DNA of 35,255 nucleotides, taken from positions 1 to 35,255 of the forward strand of contig JBDTJK010000286.1 of the NCBI GenBank assembly GCA_039935875.1, in the 5' to 3' direction. Of this stretch, positions 25,563 to 34,499 are shown one piece after another. Numbering within the stretch: the stretch's first letter is position 1; each line of letters starts with the position of its first letter. The position numbers and the translations under genes were made by a program. The notes below the pieces were generated by a model. It saw nothing but the letters and a program-made list of their open reading frames with translations, was not told the origin of the DNA and searched no databases. This DNA comes from Casimicrobiaceae bacterium (GTDB taxonomy: Bacteria > Pseudomonadota > Gammaproteobacteria > Burkholderiales > Casimicrobiaceae).

Positions 25563-26971
25563 ACCGCCTGCTGGTCTCCGCCGCCCACAAGTCCTCGGGC
25601 AAGACGACAGTGGCCATCGGCTTGTGCGCGGCACTGCGCGCCCGCGGCGAGGTGGTGCAGCCGTTCAAGAAGGGCCCGGATTACATCGACCCCGCGTGGC
25701 TCGCGCTGGCGGCAGGCCGACCTTGCTACAACCTCGACCCGTGGCTCAGCGACGCACAGGAAATTCGCTCCGAGGTCGCGCGACGCATGCGCGGCGCCTC
25801 GCTGGGCCTCGTCGAGGGCAATAAGGGTCTGTACGATGGAATCGACCTTGACGGCAGCAACAGCAATGCCGCACTCGCCGTGTCCATCAACACGCCGGTG
25901 CTGCTCGTGATCGACACGCGTGGGATGACGCGCGGCATTGCGCCGCTGGTTCTCGGCTACCAGGCGTTCGACCGGAACGTCCGCATCGCCGGGGTGATCC
26001 TGAATCAGCTTGGAGGTGCGCGCCATGAATCCAAGCTGCGGGCGGTGATGGAGCACTACACCGGCGTGCCGGTGCTGGGCGCGGTCGCGCATGACGAGCG
26101 GATGACGATCGTCGAGCGTCACCTGGGTCTCGTCCCCAGCAACGAGGACGAGATCGCGCGCGCGCGCGTCGACGAGATCGCTTCCCGCATCGCCGCCGAG
26201 GTCGATCTTGACGCCGTACTCGCCGCCGCCGGCGCGGCCGGGCCGTTGACGAATTGCGAGCCGGCGGCCGACACCGCCCCGCCGGTGCCGGGCGATAGGG
26301 TGCGCGTCGGCATAGCGCGCGACACGGCCTTCGGTTTCTACTACCCCGGCGACCTGGAGGGCCTGTGCGACGCCGGGGCGGAGTTGGTGCCCTTCGACGC
26401 CTTGCACGATGCTCGACTACCGCCGATGGATGGACTGTTTATCGGCGGCGGCTTTCCGGAGACGCACATGGACGCGCTCGCTGCCAACCGCGTACTGTGC
26501 GCCGAACTGCGAGCGGCGATCAACGCAGGCCTGCCGGCCTACGCTGAGTGCGGCGGATTCATGTACCTGGCGCGCAGCATCGAATGGAACGGGCGCCGCG
26601 TGCAGATGGCCGGAGCCCTTCCCGCGGACATCGTCATGCACGCGCGACCGGTCGGTCGCGGCTACGTGGTGTTGCGGGAAACCGGGCAGGGATTGTGGCC
26701 GGCGCCGCCGGGTGGCGCCGGGACGCTCATTCGAGCACATGAATTTCACTACTCCAGCGTCGAGAACCTTGCGCCCGGCACCAGGTTCGCCTACACGGTC
26801 GAACGCGGCCATGGCATCGACGGCCAGCACGACGGCATCGTGCACGGGAACCTGCTGGCGTCCTACGCCCACCTGCGCGATGTTCGCGCGCATCGGTGGG
26901 CATCGCGTTTTGTCGAGTTCATCCGGCGCTGCAAGCTCGACACGAATCGTTGCGCGCAGCGCCTGAACTGA
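25559..26971 (+). CDS. dsrN: DsrN siroheme amidase (CbiA/CobB-like)
   Basis: ATGA overlap with dsrP; SAAHKSSGKTT, FKKGPDYIDP, EGNKGLYDG, ERHLGL, AECGG and HEFHYS motifs. Confidence 0.95.
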   Translation: MNRLLVSAAHKSSGKTTVAIGLCAALRARGEVVQPFKKGPDYIDPAWLALAAGRPCYNLDPWLSDAQEIRSEVARRMRGASLGLVEGNKGLYDGIDLDGSNSNAALAVSINTPVLLVIDTRGMTRGIAPLVLGYQAFDRNVRIAGVILNQLGGARHESKLRAVMEHYTGVPVLGAVAHDERMTIVERHLGLVPSNEDEIARARVDEIASRIAAEVDLDAVLAAAGAAGPLTNCEPAADTAPPVPGDRVRVGIARDTAFGFYYPGDLEGLCDAGAELVPFDALHDARLPPMDGLFIGGGFPETHMDALAANRVLCAELRAAINAGLPAYAECGGFMYLARSIEWNGRRVQMAGALPADIVMHARPVGRGYVVLRETGQGLWPAPPGGAGTLIRAHEFHYSSVENLAPGTRFAYTVERGHGIDGQHDGIVHGNLLASYAHLRDVRAHRWASRFVEFIRRCKLDTNRCAQRLN

Positions 26972-26985
26972 TCGAGGCGGAGAGA

Positions 26986-27324
26986 ATGACACTTGCTGAC
27001 GGGGGAAGGACTGTACCGACCGATGACGAAGGCTACCTGATCGAGCCCGCGGACTGGAACCGTGAAATCGCGGGACAAATGGCGCGCCAGGAACACATCG
27101 TGCTGACGGATGCGCACTGGGCGGTGATTGGATTCATGCGCGAATACTTCGAGCAGCACCAGATCGCTCCGGATGCGCGCCACGTCATCAAATTCCTGGC
27201 CCGGTACAGGGGCGAGGATAGCGGCGGTCGAAACGAGTTGTTCAAGCTCTTTCCCTATGGCTATGTCAAGCAGGCCTGCCGCATCGCCGGTATGCGCAGG
27301 CCCCGCGCATGGAGTACCGGCTGA
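26986..27324 (+). CDS. DsrC/TusE-family paralogue retaining only the upstream Cys (RspA-type)
   Basis: TDDEGYL...LFPYGYVKQACRIAGMRRPRAWSTG; lacks the penultimate Cys. Confidence 0.9.
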   Translation: MTLADGGRTVPTDDEGYLIEPADWNREIAGQMARQEHIVLTDAHWAVIGFMREYFEQHQIAPDARHVIKFLARYRGEDSGGRNELFKLFPYGYVKQACRIAGMRRPRAWSTG

Positions 27325-27346
27325 GCACCGTGCCCGAGGCGAAATC

Positions 27347-27664
27347 ATGATCACCATCACGCCGCAGGCAGCAGAGCAGATTCAGAAATCGGCACGGGAA
27401 GCCGGTCTGCCGGAGGCCTGTCTGCGGCTGGCGGCGCGCCTGGGTGACCAGGGGACAATCGAATACGGGATGGGCTTCGATGAACCGGGCGAGGCCGACA
27501 CGCAGGTCGTGACGGGCGCGATCAGGTTGCTGGTGTCCGCCGGCTGCGTCGAACTTCTGACCGGGGCCACGCTGGACTACGCCGAAATCAACCCCGGCGA
27601 GCATCGCTTCATTTTCATCAATCCGAACGATCCGTCGCACAAGGCGCCGAAGTCGGCGCCCTGA
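27347..27664 (+). CDS. dsrR: DsrR, IscA-like protein
   Basis: MITITPQAAEQI...LRLAA...EYGMGFD...LDY.E..PG...FIF.NPND; lacks the IscA CGCG motif. Confidence 0.88.
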   Translation: MITITPQAAEQIQKSAREAGLPEACLRLAARLGDQGTIEYGMGFDEPGEADTQVVTGAIRLLVSAGCVELLTGATLDYAEINPGEHRFIFINPNDPSHKAPKSAP

Positions 27665-27741
27665 ACCCGATGCTGGACGCGAAGGCGCCGGCCAAGTAGT
27701 CTCGCCGCTTGTCCACAGTCGGCGCCGCCCAGGTCCGTTGC

Positions 27742-28971
27742 ATGTCCGAGCCCCAAGCTCCGCACCCAGGCAAGTATGCAGATGACCTGGCGGACGCGGG
27801 GGCGCAGGCGCGCATCCCGATGGTGCGCCTGGCGCGCAAGACCCAGTCGCTCGACATCCTGTATGCGATCGCCACGGTCCTGAGTCAGCCCGGCAGCCTG
27901 GAGCAGCTGCTGGAGAACTTCCTCGACACCTTGATCGAGCTCGTCGACGCGCGCGCGGCCAGCGTGCGCGTCGGAACCGAGGACGGCAATACGCGGCTCA
28001 TCGCCAGCCGCGGCCTTGCGCGCGAGGTTGTTGAGCGGGATCGGCTGATGCCGGCCGGGCAATGTCCCTGCGGCTGGGCGGCGACCACGGGCGAACTGCG
28101 TATCCAGCGTGGCACCGCGCCGTGTGCGGCGCTGATCGGTCAGCCGATGCTCGATTCCGACTGCGCGGAATTCGTCGTCGTGCCGGTTCACTATCAAGAC
28201 CGGGTGCTCGGGGTGTACAACCTGTTTCTGGATCGCCCGCTCGTCGCCATGGGCGAGGATGTGCACGATCTGCTGATTACCGTGGGCCGGCACCTGGGGC
28301 TTGTCATCGAGAAGGCGCGCCTGGAAAGCGAAGCGCGCCGCTTCGCGATTCTGGAGGAGCGCAACATCATCGGCGTCGAGTTGCACGATTCGCTGGCGCA
28401 ATCGCTGATTGGCATGCGCCTGCAGCTGACAATGCTGAGCGAAGCGCTGGCACGGGAGGACATCGGCGGCGCACGCCAGGAGGCAAGCGGCCTCACCCTT
28501 GCGATGACGCAGGCCAACGCGGACGTACGTGATCTGCTGACTAACTATCGCCTGAAGATCGACGCCGCCGGACTCGTGCAGACGCTCGCCAATCTGGTCG
28601 AGCGCTTCGGCAGGGAAACCGGCATCGCCGTGTACTTCCAGAACGAATGCGTGCCATTGGCGCTTTCGCCGGCCCAGGAGGTCCAGGTCTTCTACATCAT
28701 CCAGGAGGCGCTCGCCAATATCCGCAGGCACAGCGAAGCGAGCAACGTACGCATCATGCTCAACAACGAGGATGATCTGTATACGGTGCTGATCGAGGAC
28801 GACGGACTCGGCATGATCGGATCCGACGACGGCACGCCGGAGAAGCACGCGGGGCTGACCATCATGCGCGAACGCACGCTGCGCCTGCGCGGCCAGATCG
28901 TGATCGAGAGCGAGCCGGGCGAGGGCACGCGCATCGTACTGATCTTCAACGCGCCTCCGAGGCGGAGCTGA
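27742..28971 (+). CDS. Soluble NarX/NarQ-like sensor histidine kinase (GAF + HisKA_3 + HATPase)
   Basis: EERNII..ELHDSLAQSL, QEALANIRRH, EDDGLG and ESEPGEGT motifs; Cys-rich GAF; no TM helix. Start at 27742 (or TTG 27709). Confidence 0.88.
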   Translation: MSEPQAPHPGKYADDLADAGAQARIPMVRLARKTQSLDILYAIATVLSQPGSLEQLLENFLDTLIELVDARAASVRVGTEDGNTRLIASRGLAREVVERDRLMPAGQCPCGWAATTGELRIQRGTAPCAALIGQPMLDSDCAEFVVVPVHYQDRVLGVYNLFLDRPLVAMGEDVHDLLITVGRHLGLVIEKARLESEARRFAILEERNIIGVELHDSLAQSLIGMRLQLTMLSEALAREDIGGARQEASGLTLAMTQANADVRDLLTNYRLKIDAAGLVQTLANLVERFGRETGIAVYFQNECVPLALSPAQEVQVFYIIQEALANIRRHSEASNVRIMLNNEDDLYTVLIEDDGLGMIGSDDGTPEKHAGLTIMRERTLRLRGQIVIESEPGEGTRIVLIFNAPPRRS

Positions 28972-28972
28972 A

Positions 28973-29671
28973 ATGAACCCGCCCGGGATGCGCGTCCTGC
29001 TGATCGACGACCATGCGCTGGTCCGCAAGGGCATCGAGGAGCTGCTGCGAAGTCGCGGAGTGCAGGTAGTGGCCTCGGCAAGCTCCGGAGAGGAAGGCAT
29101 TCGCAAGGCCGGCGAACTCACCGCCGACATCATCCTGCTCGATATCAAGATGCCGCGGATGACGGGCATCGAGACGTTGACGAAGATTCGCGCGGCAGGA
29201 ATTAGTACGCCGGTGGTGATGCTCACGATGAGCCGTGAGGATGCCGACCTGTCGGCGGCCCTGCGCGGTGGTGCCCAGGGCTTCCTGTTAAAGGACATCG
29301 AGCCGGAGGAGCTGGTGCCCGCGCTCGAAGCCGTGCTTGCCGGCGCCAATGTCGTGGCGCGGGAGATGGTGGGGACACTGGCCCGCCACGTGGGAGGCGA
29401 GGAGAGTCAGGAACGCGCTGCGCTGCGCCCAGCGGCACTGTTTTCCGAACTCACGCCCCGCGAGCTCGAAATCCTGGAGCACGTCGCCGATGGCTCAAGC
29501 AACAAGATGATCGCGCGCCACCTGGACATCGCCGAGGGAACGGTCAAGCTGCACGTCAAAGCGATTCTGCGCAAGCTCAACATGCGCTCGCGCGTCGAGG
29601 CCGCCGTCGCCGCAGTGGAACATGGACTCGGCAAGTACCGGAGGAAGTCGCCTCCGGTGTCCGGCAAATGA
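28973..29671 (+). CDS. NarL-family response regulator
   Basis: REC domain (LIDDH, LLDIKMP, GFLLK) and LuxR HTH (LTPRELEIL...SNKMIA..L.I.EGTVKLHVKAILRKL). Confidence 0.92.
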   Translation: MNPPGMRVLLIDDHALVRKGIEELLRSRGVQVVASASSGEEGIRKAGELTADIILLDIKMPRMTGIETLTKIRAAGISTPVVMLTMSREDADLSAALRGGAQGFLLKDIEPEELVPALEAVLAGANVVAREMVGTLARHVGGEESQERAALRPAALFSELTPRELEILEHVADGSSNKMIARHLDIAEGTVKLHVKAILRKLNMRSRVEAAVAAVEHGLGKYRRKSPPVSGK

Positions 29672-29701
29672 GCATCACCGGGGGCAGCGGCAGCGTTCGC
29701 G

Positions 29702-31183
29702 TCAGTGCTCGACTGTGTCGATGAACAGCTGCGCGCGCGGCAGGCCGTGCAGCAGCAGCAGGGACTGCGCGGCATTCGTCAGTCGCGCGGGTCCGGCAAC
29801 GTAGACGTCGTAGTCGCCGAGCGCGGGATGGGCGTCCAGCAGTGGCTGCAGCGCGCGCGGCGCGGCCATCGCGTACGGCAGCGCGGCATCTTCAGTCAAC
29901 GGGACGTAACGGAAATTGTCCAGCGCGTCATTCCAGGAACGGCACAGGTTGTCGAGGTAATGCCCACCCCTGCCGGAGGTCACCCAGTAAAGATGCAGCA
30001 TCTCCGCCGTATCCAGCGCCAGCGCGTGCTCCACGAGACTCTTGACGGGGGCAAAGCCGGTCTCGCCGGCGATGAAGATGAGCGGTCGAAGCGAGTCTTC
30101 GTCGAGCACGAACTCGCCACGGGGGCCTTCGATGCGCACGGTGTCCGCATCTTTCAAGGCGTCGAACAGCTGAGCGGAGAACGCGTCGCCCGGGCGACGG
30201 CGTATGTGGAAGTGCAGGTTGCGCTCGTCGCAGGGGCAGCTCGCCACCGGATGCGACGCACTCTGCCCGCCTGGGAGCGTGAGCGACACCCTCTGGCCGG
30301 CAAGAAAACGCAGGCGATTGCTGCGCGGCGTCTGCAAGTGAAGCAGGCGAAGGTCGTCGGTGAGCGGAACGACCGACTTGACCTTCGCGTCGATGCTTTG
30401 CAACGGCATGTCGGCGGCGCTGTGCGCCTCGCGCGACTCGATCACGAGGTCGCCGACGGCGGTATTGCTGCACATGAGCACGACGCCGGCATTTTTCTCG
30501 GCCGCCGTGAGGGGGTAATCGGAATGGCGTGTCCGATGCACCTCGCCGGAAACGATCCTCGCCTTGCATTTTCCGCAGCTACCGATGCTGCAGCCGTAGT
30601 CGAGCGCCAGTCCGGCGCGCAGGGCCGCCTCGAGCACGCTTTCGTTGCCGTCGACGAAGAATTCGCGGCCGCTCGGGATGACCTTCACGTGCGCCGTCAT
30701 GATCCTGAGGAAATTCTCCTGCACCTGCAGTGGCTCGGGTTCCTCGTTTCCCACCGGAGGCTCCAGATGTTGTTCGAGCCAGTCGAGCAGTTCCTCTGCC
30801 AGGTCGCGCGGCAAAGTCGCCGGATCGCGAGGCTCGCGCAGCTTGGCTTGCAGCAGCGCCATGATCGAACGGTGATGCTCGAGCTCGACCTCGACGTGCA
30901 TCCTCTGCCTGCCCAGCTCCGCCAAGCGCGCGACCAGCACATCGGAACTTGGCAGAAGGCGCTCGCGCATGCGGCGGGTGAACGCCGCGTCCTTGATCGT
31001 CTCGAACTTCTCCATGGCGGCATGGTCCTCCAGCCTGACCTTGGGGAAGACACGCAGCAGATCTTCGGTCGATACCATGCCCTCGAACGCAGCGAGCTCG
31101 CCGCTCTTGATCTTGCTCTGCAGCGCACCGCGCCGGACGCCGACCAGGCGCGCTGCGCGGAAAAGGGTAAGAAGCTGGGGCAT
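29702..31183 (-). CDS. Fusion of a putative N-terminal HTH/coiled coil, a [2Fe-2S] ferredoxin and an FNR-like FAD/NAD domain
   Basis: N-terminal LTLFRAARLVGVRRGALQSKIKSGEL, YGCSIGSCGKC...LMC, FLAGQ, EGPRGEF and ETGFAPVKS motifs. Confidence 0.82.
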   Translation of the reverse strand: MPQLLTLFRAARLVGVRRGALQSKIKSGELAAFEGMVSTEDLLRVFPKVRLEDHAAMEKFETIKDAAFTRRMRERLLPSSDVLVARLAELGRQRMHVEVELEHHRSIMALLQAKLREPRDPATLPRDLAEELLDWLEQHLEPPVGNEEPEPLQVQENFLRIMTAHVKVIPSGREFFVDGNESVLEAALRAGLALDYGCSIGSCGKCKARIVSGEVHRTRHSDYPLTAAEKNAGVVLMCSNTAVGDLVIESREAHSAADMPLQSIDAKVKSVVPLTDDLRLLHLQTPRSNRLRFLAGQRVSLTLPGGQSASHPVASCPCDERNLHFHIRRRPGDAFSAQLFDALKDADTVRIEGPRGEFVLDEDSLRPLIFIAGETGFAPVKSLVEHALALDTAEMLHLYWVTSGRGGHYLDNLCRSWNDALDNFRYVPLTEDAALPYAMAAPRALQPLLDAHPALGDYDVYVAGPARLTNAAQSLLLLHGLPRAQLFIDTVEH

Positions 31184-31246
31184 GGGTCCTGCACTTCGAC
31201 TTCATCATATCGGAAATTCCACAACCGGCCGCAGGGCTAGGAACAC

Positions 31247-32623
31247 ATGGACTTTCTACCGGTCTTTCTGGATGTCCGCGGTCGGCCCTGCCTGGTGGTG
31301 GGCGGTGGTGAAGCGGCGGCGCGCAAGACTGCGTTGCTTCTGCGCGCCGGAGCACGGGTGACGGTACAGGCACCAGACCTCACCGCCGGATTCGCAAACG
31401 ATCTCGACCTGACGCGTGTTTCCCGGCGTGCGACGAGTTTCCGCGACGAGGACATCGACGGATTCGAACTGGCCATCGCGGCGACCGACGACGACACAGT
31501 GAACCGAGCGGTCGCGGCAGCCGCGCGCGCGCGGCATATCCTGGTGAATGTGGTCGACGTGCCAGCGCTGTGCTCGTTCATCGTGCCTTCCATCGTCGAT
31601 CGCTCGCCGGTGATCGTGGCGGTTTCCAGCGGGGGCACTTCGCCGGTGCTGGCGCGTCTGCTGCGCGCACGCCTGGAAACGTTCATACCGACCGGGTACG
31701 GGCGTCTCGCCGCACTGGTCGGTGCGTTTCGGGATCGGGTCAAGCAGCGCTTCAAGCCGCTGGAACGGCGGCGTTTCTGGGAGCATGTGCTGCAGGGCCC
31801 GATCGCCGAGCTGGCATTCAGTGGCCGCGAAGCCGGAGCCGCCAAGGCGCTGGAGGAAGCGCTCACCGACACGCGCCTCGCATTCCAAGGTGGCGAGGTG
31901 TCGCTGGTGGGGGCGGGACCGGGCGACCCGGATCTGCTCACTTTTCGGGCGCTGCGCCTCATGCAGCAGGCTGATGTCGTCGTGTACGACCGACTGGTAT
32001 CGCGCCCGATTCTCGACCTGGTGCGGGTCGATGCCGAGCGCATCTATGCGGGCAAGGAACGCGCGAAACACGCGCTTCCGCAGGAAGACATCAATCGTCT
32101 GCTGGTGCGTCTCGCGCGCGACGGCAAGCGCGTGGTGCGCCTCAAGGGCGGCGATCCGTTCATCTTCGGGCGCGGTGGGGAGGAAATCGACACGCTGGCC
32201 GCCGAAGGCATTCCCTTTCAGGTGGTACCCGGTATCACCGCCGCATCCGGGTGTGCGGCCTACGCCGGCATTCCGCTGACCCACCGCGACTATTCGCAAT
32301 CGGTCGTGTTCGTCACCGGCCACCTGCGCGACGGCAGCATGGATCTCAACTGGCAGGCACTGGCGCAGCCGCGTCAGACCATCGTGTTCTACATGGGACT
32401 GGTTGGCGTCGACGTTCTGTGCCGCGAGCTGATAGCGCATGGAATGCCAGGCGTCACACCGGCCGCGCTCATCCAGCAGGGTACGACGCCGCAGCAGCGT
32501 GTGCTGGTGGCCACGCTCGATACGCTGCCGGAAGACGTGCGGCGAAGCGAAGTAAAGGCGCCGACGCTGATCATCATCGGCGAGGTCGTCCGGCTTCGCA
32601 ACACGCTCAACTGGTTCAATTGA
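31247..32623 (+). CDS. cysG: Siroheme synthase (multifunctional)
   Basis: [54 protein letters not shown] and VVPGITAA motifs. Confidence 0.97.
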   Translation: MDFLPVFLDVRGRPCLVVGGGEAAARKTALLLRAGARVTVQAPDLTAGFANDLDLTRVSRRATSFRDEDIDGFELAIAATDDDTVNRAVAAAARARHILVNVVDVPALCSFIVPSIVDRSPVIVAVSSGGTSPVLARLLRARLETFIPTGYGRLAALVGAFRDRVKQRFKPLERRRFWEHVLQGPIAELAFSGREAGAAKALEEALTDTRLAFQGGEVSLVGAGPGDPDLLTFRALRLMQQADVVVYDRLVSRPILDLVRVDAERIYAGKERAKHALPQEDINRLLVRLARDGKRVVRLKGGDPFIFGRGGEEIDTLAAEGIPFQVVPGITAASGCAAYAGIPLTHRDYSQSVVFVTGHLRDGSMDLNWQALAQPRQTIVFYMGLVGVDVLCRELIAHGMPGVTPAALIQQGTTPQQRVLVATLDTLPEDVRRSEVKAPTLIIIGEVVRLRNTLNWFN

Positions 32624-32645
32624 CCGCGCCCTGAGCGCACGAGCC

Positions 32646-32670
32646 GGGTCCGCTTTCGCGGGGATGACGG
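32646..32670 (-). repeat. REP-like palindromic element remnant
   Basis: Minus strand reads CCGTCATCCCCGCGAAAGCGGACCC, resembling the proteobacterial GTCATYCCCGCGNANGCGGG repeat. It lies between convergent genes; a related GTCATTCCCGCGCAG is at 2783-2797. Confidence 0.4.
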
Positions 32671-32714
32671 TTACACGATGCAGCTCGGCCGCCCGCGTTA
32701 CTGGGAAGTGGCCT

Positions 32715-34334
32715 TCAGGCCGCGAGGTTCAGTCGCGCGAGTTGCACATCAAAGCGCTTGTCGCCACGCAGGATGTCGAACACCGGCTCCACGCGGGCGT
32801 GCGACACGAGCTCACCGCGACCGCGCGCGATCGCCTGGTCGAGGTGCAGGAGCGCGCCTTCGACGTCGCCGCCTGCGGCGTCGAGCATCGCCGCGTGATA
32901 GAACAGTCCGCGCCCTCCCCGCGCGAAGTGTGCGACCTCGCGCCGCGCGTGGTCGAAACGCGCGGCGTCGCCGCTCGCGAACGCAGCGCAACCCTCGGCG
33001 AACGGACCGAACAATTTGCGCAAGCCGTCGTCCATCGTCGCGACATGCGCGCGCGTGCGGTCATTGTCGCGCAACAGCAGTCCCAACAGTCCGGCCTTGC
33101 TGACCCAGGCGAAACCCTGTCCCGACGCGATCGCCAGCATCTGGTCGAAGTTTGCGAGCGCGGGCGCGTACTCACGGCGCCAGAAATGTATGCCGGCCTG
33201 GATCTGCAGCAGGTTCATCGAGCGATCGAGGTCGCGTACTACGCGCGCAGTGTCGGTCGCGGCATCGAGCTTGCCACGGACCGCTTGCGCGTACGCAAAA
33301 TTCACGCGCGCCGTCGACTCCGACGGCAGCGCGGACAGCAACGCGCCATACAGCCGGTCACCCCGCTCCCAGTCGAAGTCGTAATGCACTGACAGGCGCG
33401 CATCGAGCAGTTGCGTCGTGGCGAGCTGCGGTGCCCGCTCGACGCACTCGGCGGCCAGCCGCCGCACGCGCGCGTACTCGTCCGGGTCACCATTGTGGAA
33501 ATACTGGTAGGTGTGTGCGGCGGCCGTCGCGCGCGCCACATGTGCGGGCGCGAATCCGGGATCGATCGCCAGCGCTTCGTCCGCCAGAGAACTCGCAAGG
33601 CGCAGCGATTCGACCGACATCCTCGACAGCGCATCCATCGAGCGGATGTACGCGAGAAAGGCTGCCGGATCAACCGGCCGGTTCCAGAACGGTTCGACCA
33701 TCCGCTCGCCAATATGCAGCGCCAGGTGCCCGCTGACCGCCTCCGCGATCGTGCGCTGCAAATGCAGCGCATCGTTGCCGTGTGCGACGAATCGATCGGC
33801 GAACACCACGCGATCCTCGACCGCGTCGACCACACGCACATCGATGTTCCAGCGTGCGCCGGCTTCGTCGATGCCGCCTTCGACCAGGTAGCGAATGCCG
33901 AGATCGGCGGCAAGTTCGTCCGCGCGCTTGTTCGATTGCCGGTAAGCGCGCGCCGTCGTACTGGACAGCACGCGCAAATCATCCAACGGCGCCACCGCCA
34001 GCCGGTTCAACACCTCGCTCGCCACCGCGTCGCCGACAAACGCGCGCTCGTCGCGATCGGGCCCGCGATATTCAAATGGCAGCACGAGCAGGCCCGGGCT
34101 GCGGGCCTTCGGCGTGGACGCCGCGGCAGTCGCGGTGCTGGCCACGGAGGCCGGTCGCAGCCAGGTCGCAAGCTCCGCAGCGTAGGCGTAGACGCTTTGC
34201 CCGGGACCGCCGGGAATGCGGTGGACGGGCATTCTCCGCTCGCGCTCCCACAACTGTGCAGTACGAACGTCGCGACCGAGGTAGCGGCCTATTGCCTTCC
34301 AGCCTGTCAAGCGATCGTCGGTAAGCGAGAACAT
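32715..34334 (-). CDS. Putative regulator: N-terminal HTH + TolB-N-like + TPR domains
   Basis: RLTGWKAIGRYLGRDVRTAQLWE...PVHR....VYAY..EL..W; LLVLPF...LRVLS......Y...LGIRYLVEG; TPR-like ALAIDPGFAPAH; typical C-terminus PVFDILRGDKRF. Confidence 0.8.
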   Translation of the reverse strand: MFSLTDDRLTGWKAIGRYLGRDVRTAQLWERERRMPVHRIPGGPGQSVYAYAAELATWLRPASVASTATAAASTPKARSPGLLVLPFEYRGPDRDERAFVGDAVASEVLNRLAVAPLDDLRVLSSTTARAYRQSNKRADELAADLGIRYLVEGGIDEAGARWNIDVRVVDAVEDRVVFADRFVAHGNDALHLQRTIAEAVSGHLALHIGERMVEPFWNRPVDPAAFLAYIRSMDALSRMSVESLRLASSLADEALAIDPGFAPAHVARATAAAHTYQYFHNGDPDEYARVRRLAAECVERAPQLATTQLLDARLSVHYDFDWERGDRLYGALLSALPSESTARVNFAYAQAVRGKLDAATDTARVVRDLDRSMNLLQIQAGIHFWRREYAPALANFDQMLAIASGQGFAWVSKAGLLGLLLRDNDRTRAHVATMDDGLRKLFGPFAEGCAAFASGDAARFDHARREVAHFARGGRGLFYHAAMLDAAGGDVEGALLHLDQAIARGRGELVSHARVEPVFDILRGDKRFDVQLARLNLAA

Positions 34335-34499
34335 GAAGCCCTGGCGAGTGTGCAATCGACAAATTCTAACAGGGTGGCCGCTGGCGCTTGTCGCCGCGAT
34401 TTCGCTCTATTTCGCAACTTTTCGCAGGGGGTGCCCGCGTGATTGCCGCTAGCCTTCGGCAACGCCCACGCGCTGTCGCGCGCCAGAGTCGCCCACCCG

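Noticed and set aside
23915-26971. 1018-aa ORF suggesting a giant DsrN fusion
   Set aside because: The N-terminal 548 aa are Arg/Ala-rich off-frame read-through overlapping dsrO and dsrP; the real start is the ATGA-coupled ATG at 25559.
25559-26971. Cobalamin biosynthesis gene cbiA/cobB
   Set aside because: Its position coupled to dsrP and the absence of other cob genes favour dsrN.
27577-29349. Long antisense ORFs opposite real genes (also 18581-19963, 21109-22599, 29705-31240, 9660-11006)
   Set aside because: Typical high-GC shadow frames with no motifs or RBS, lying opposite clearly identifiable genes.
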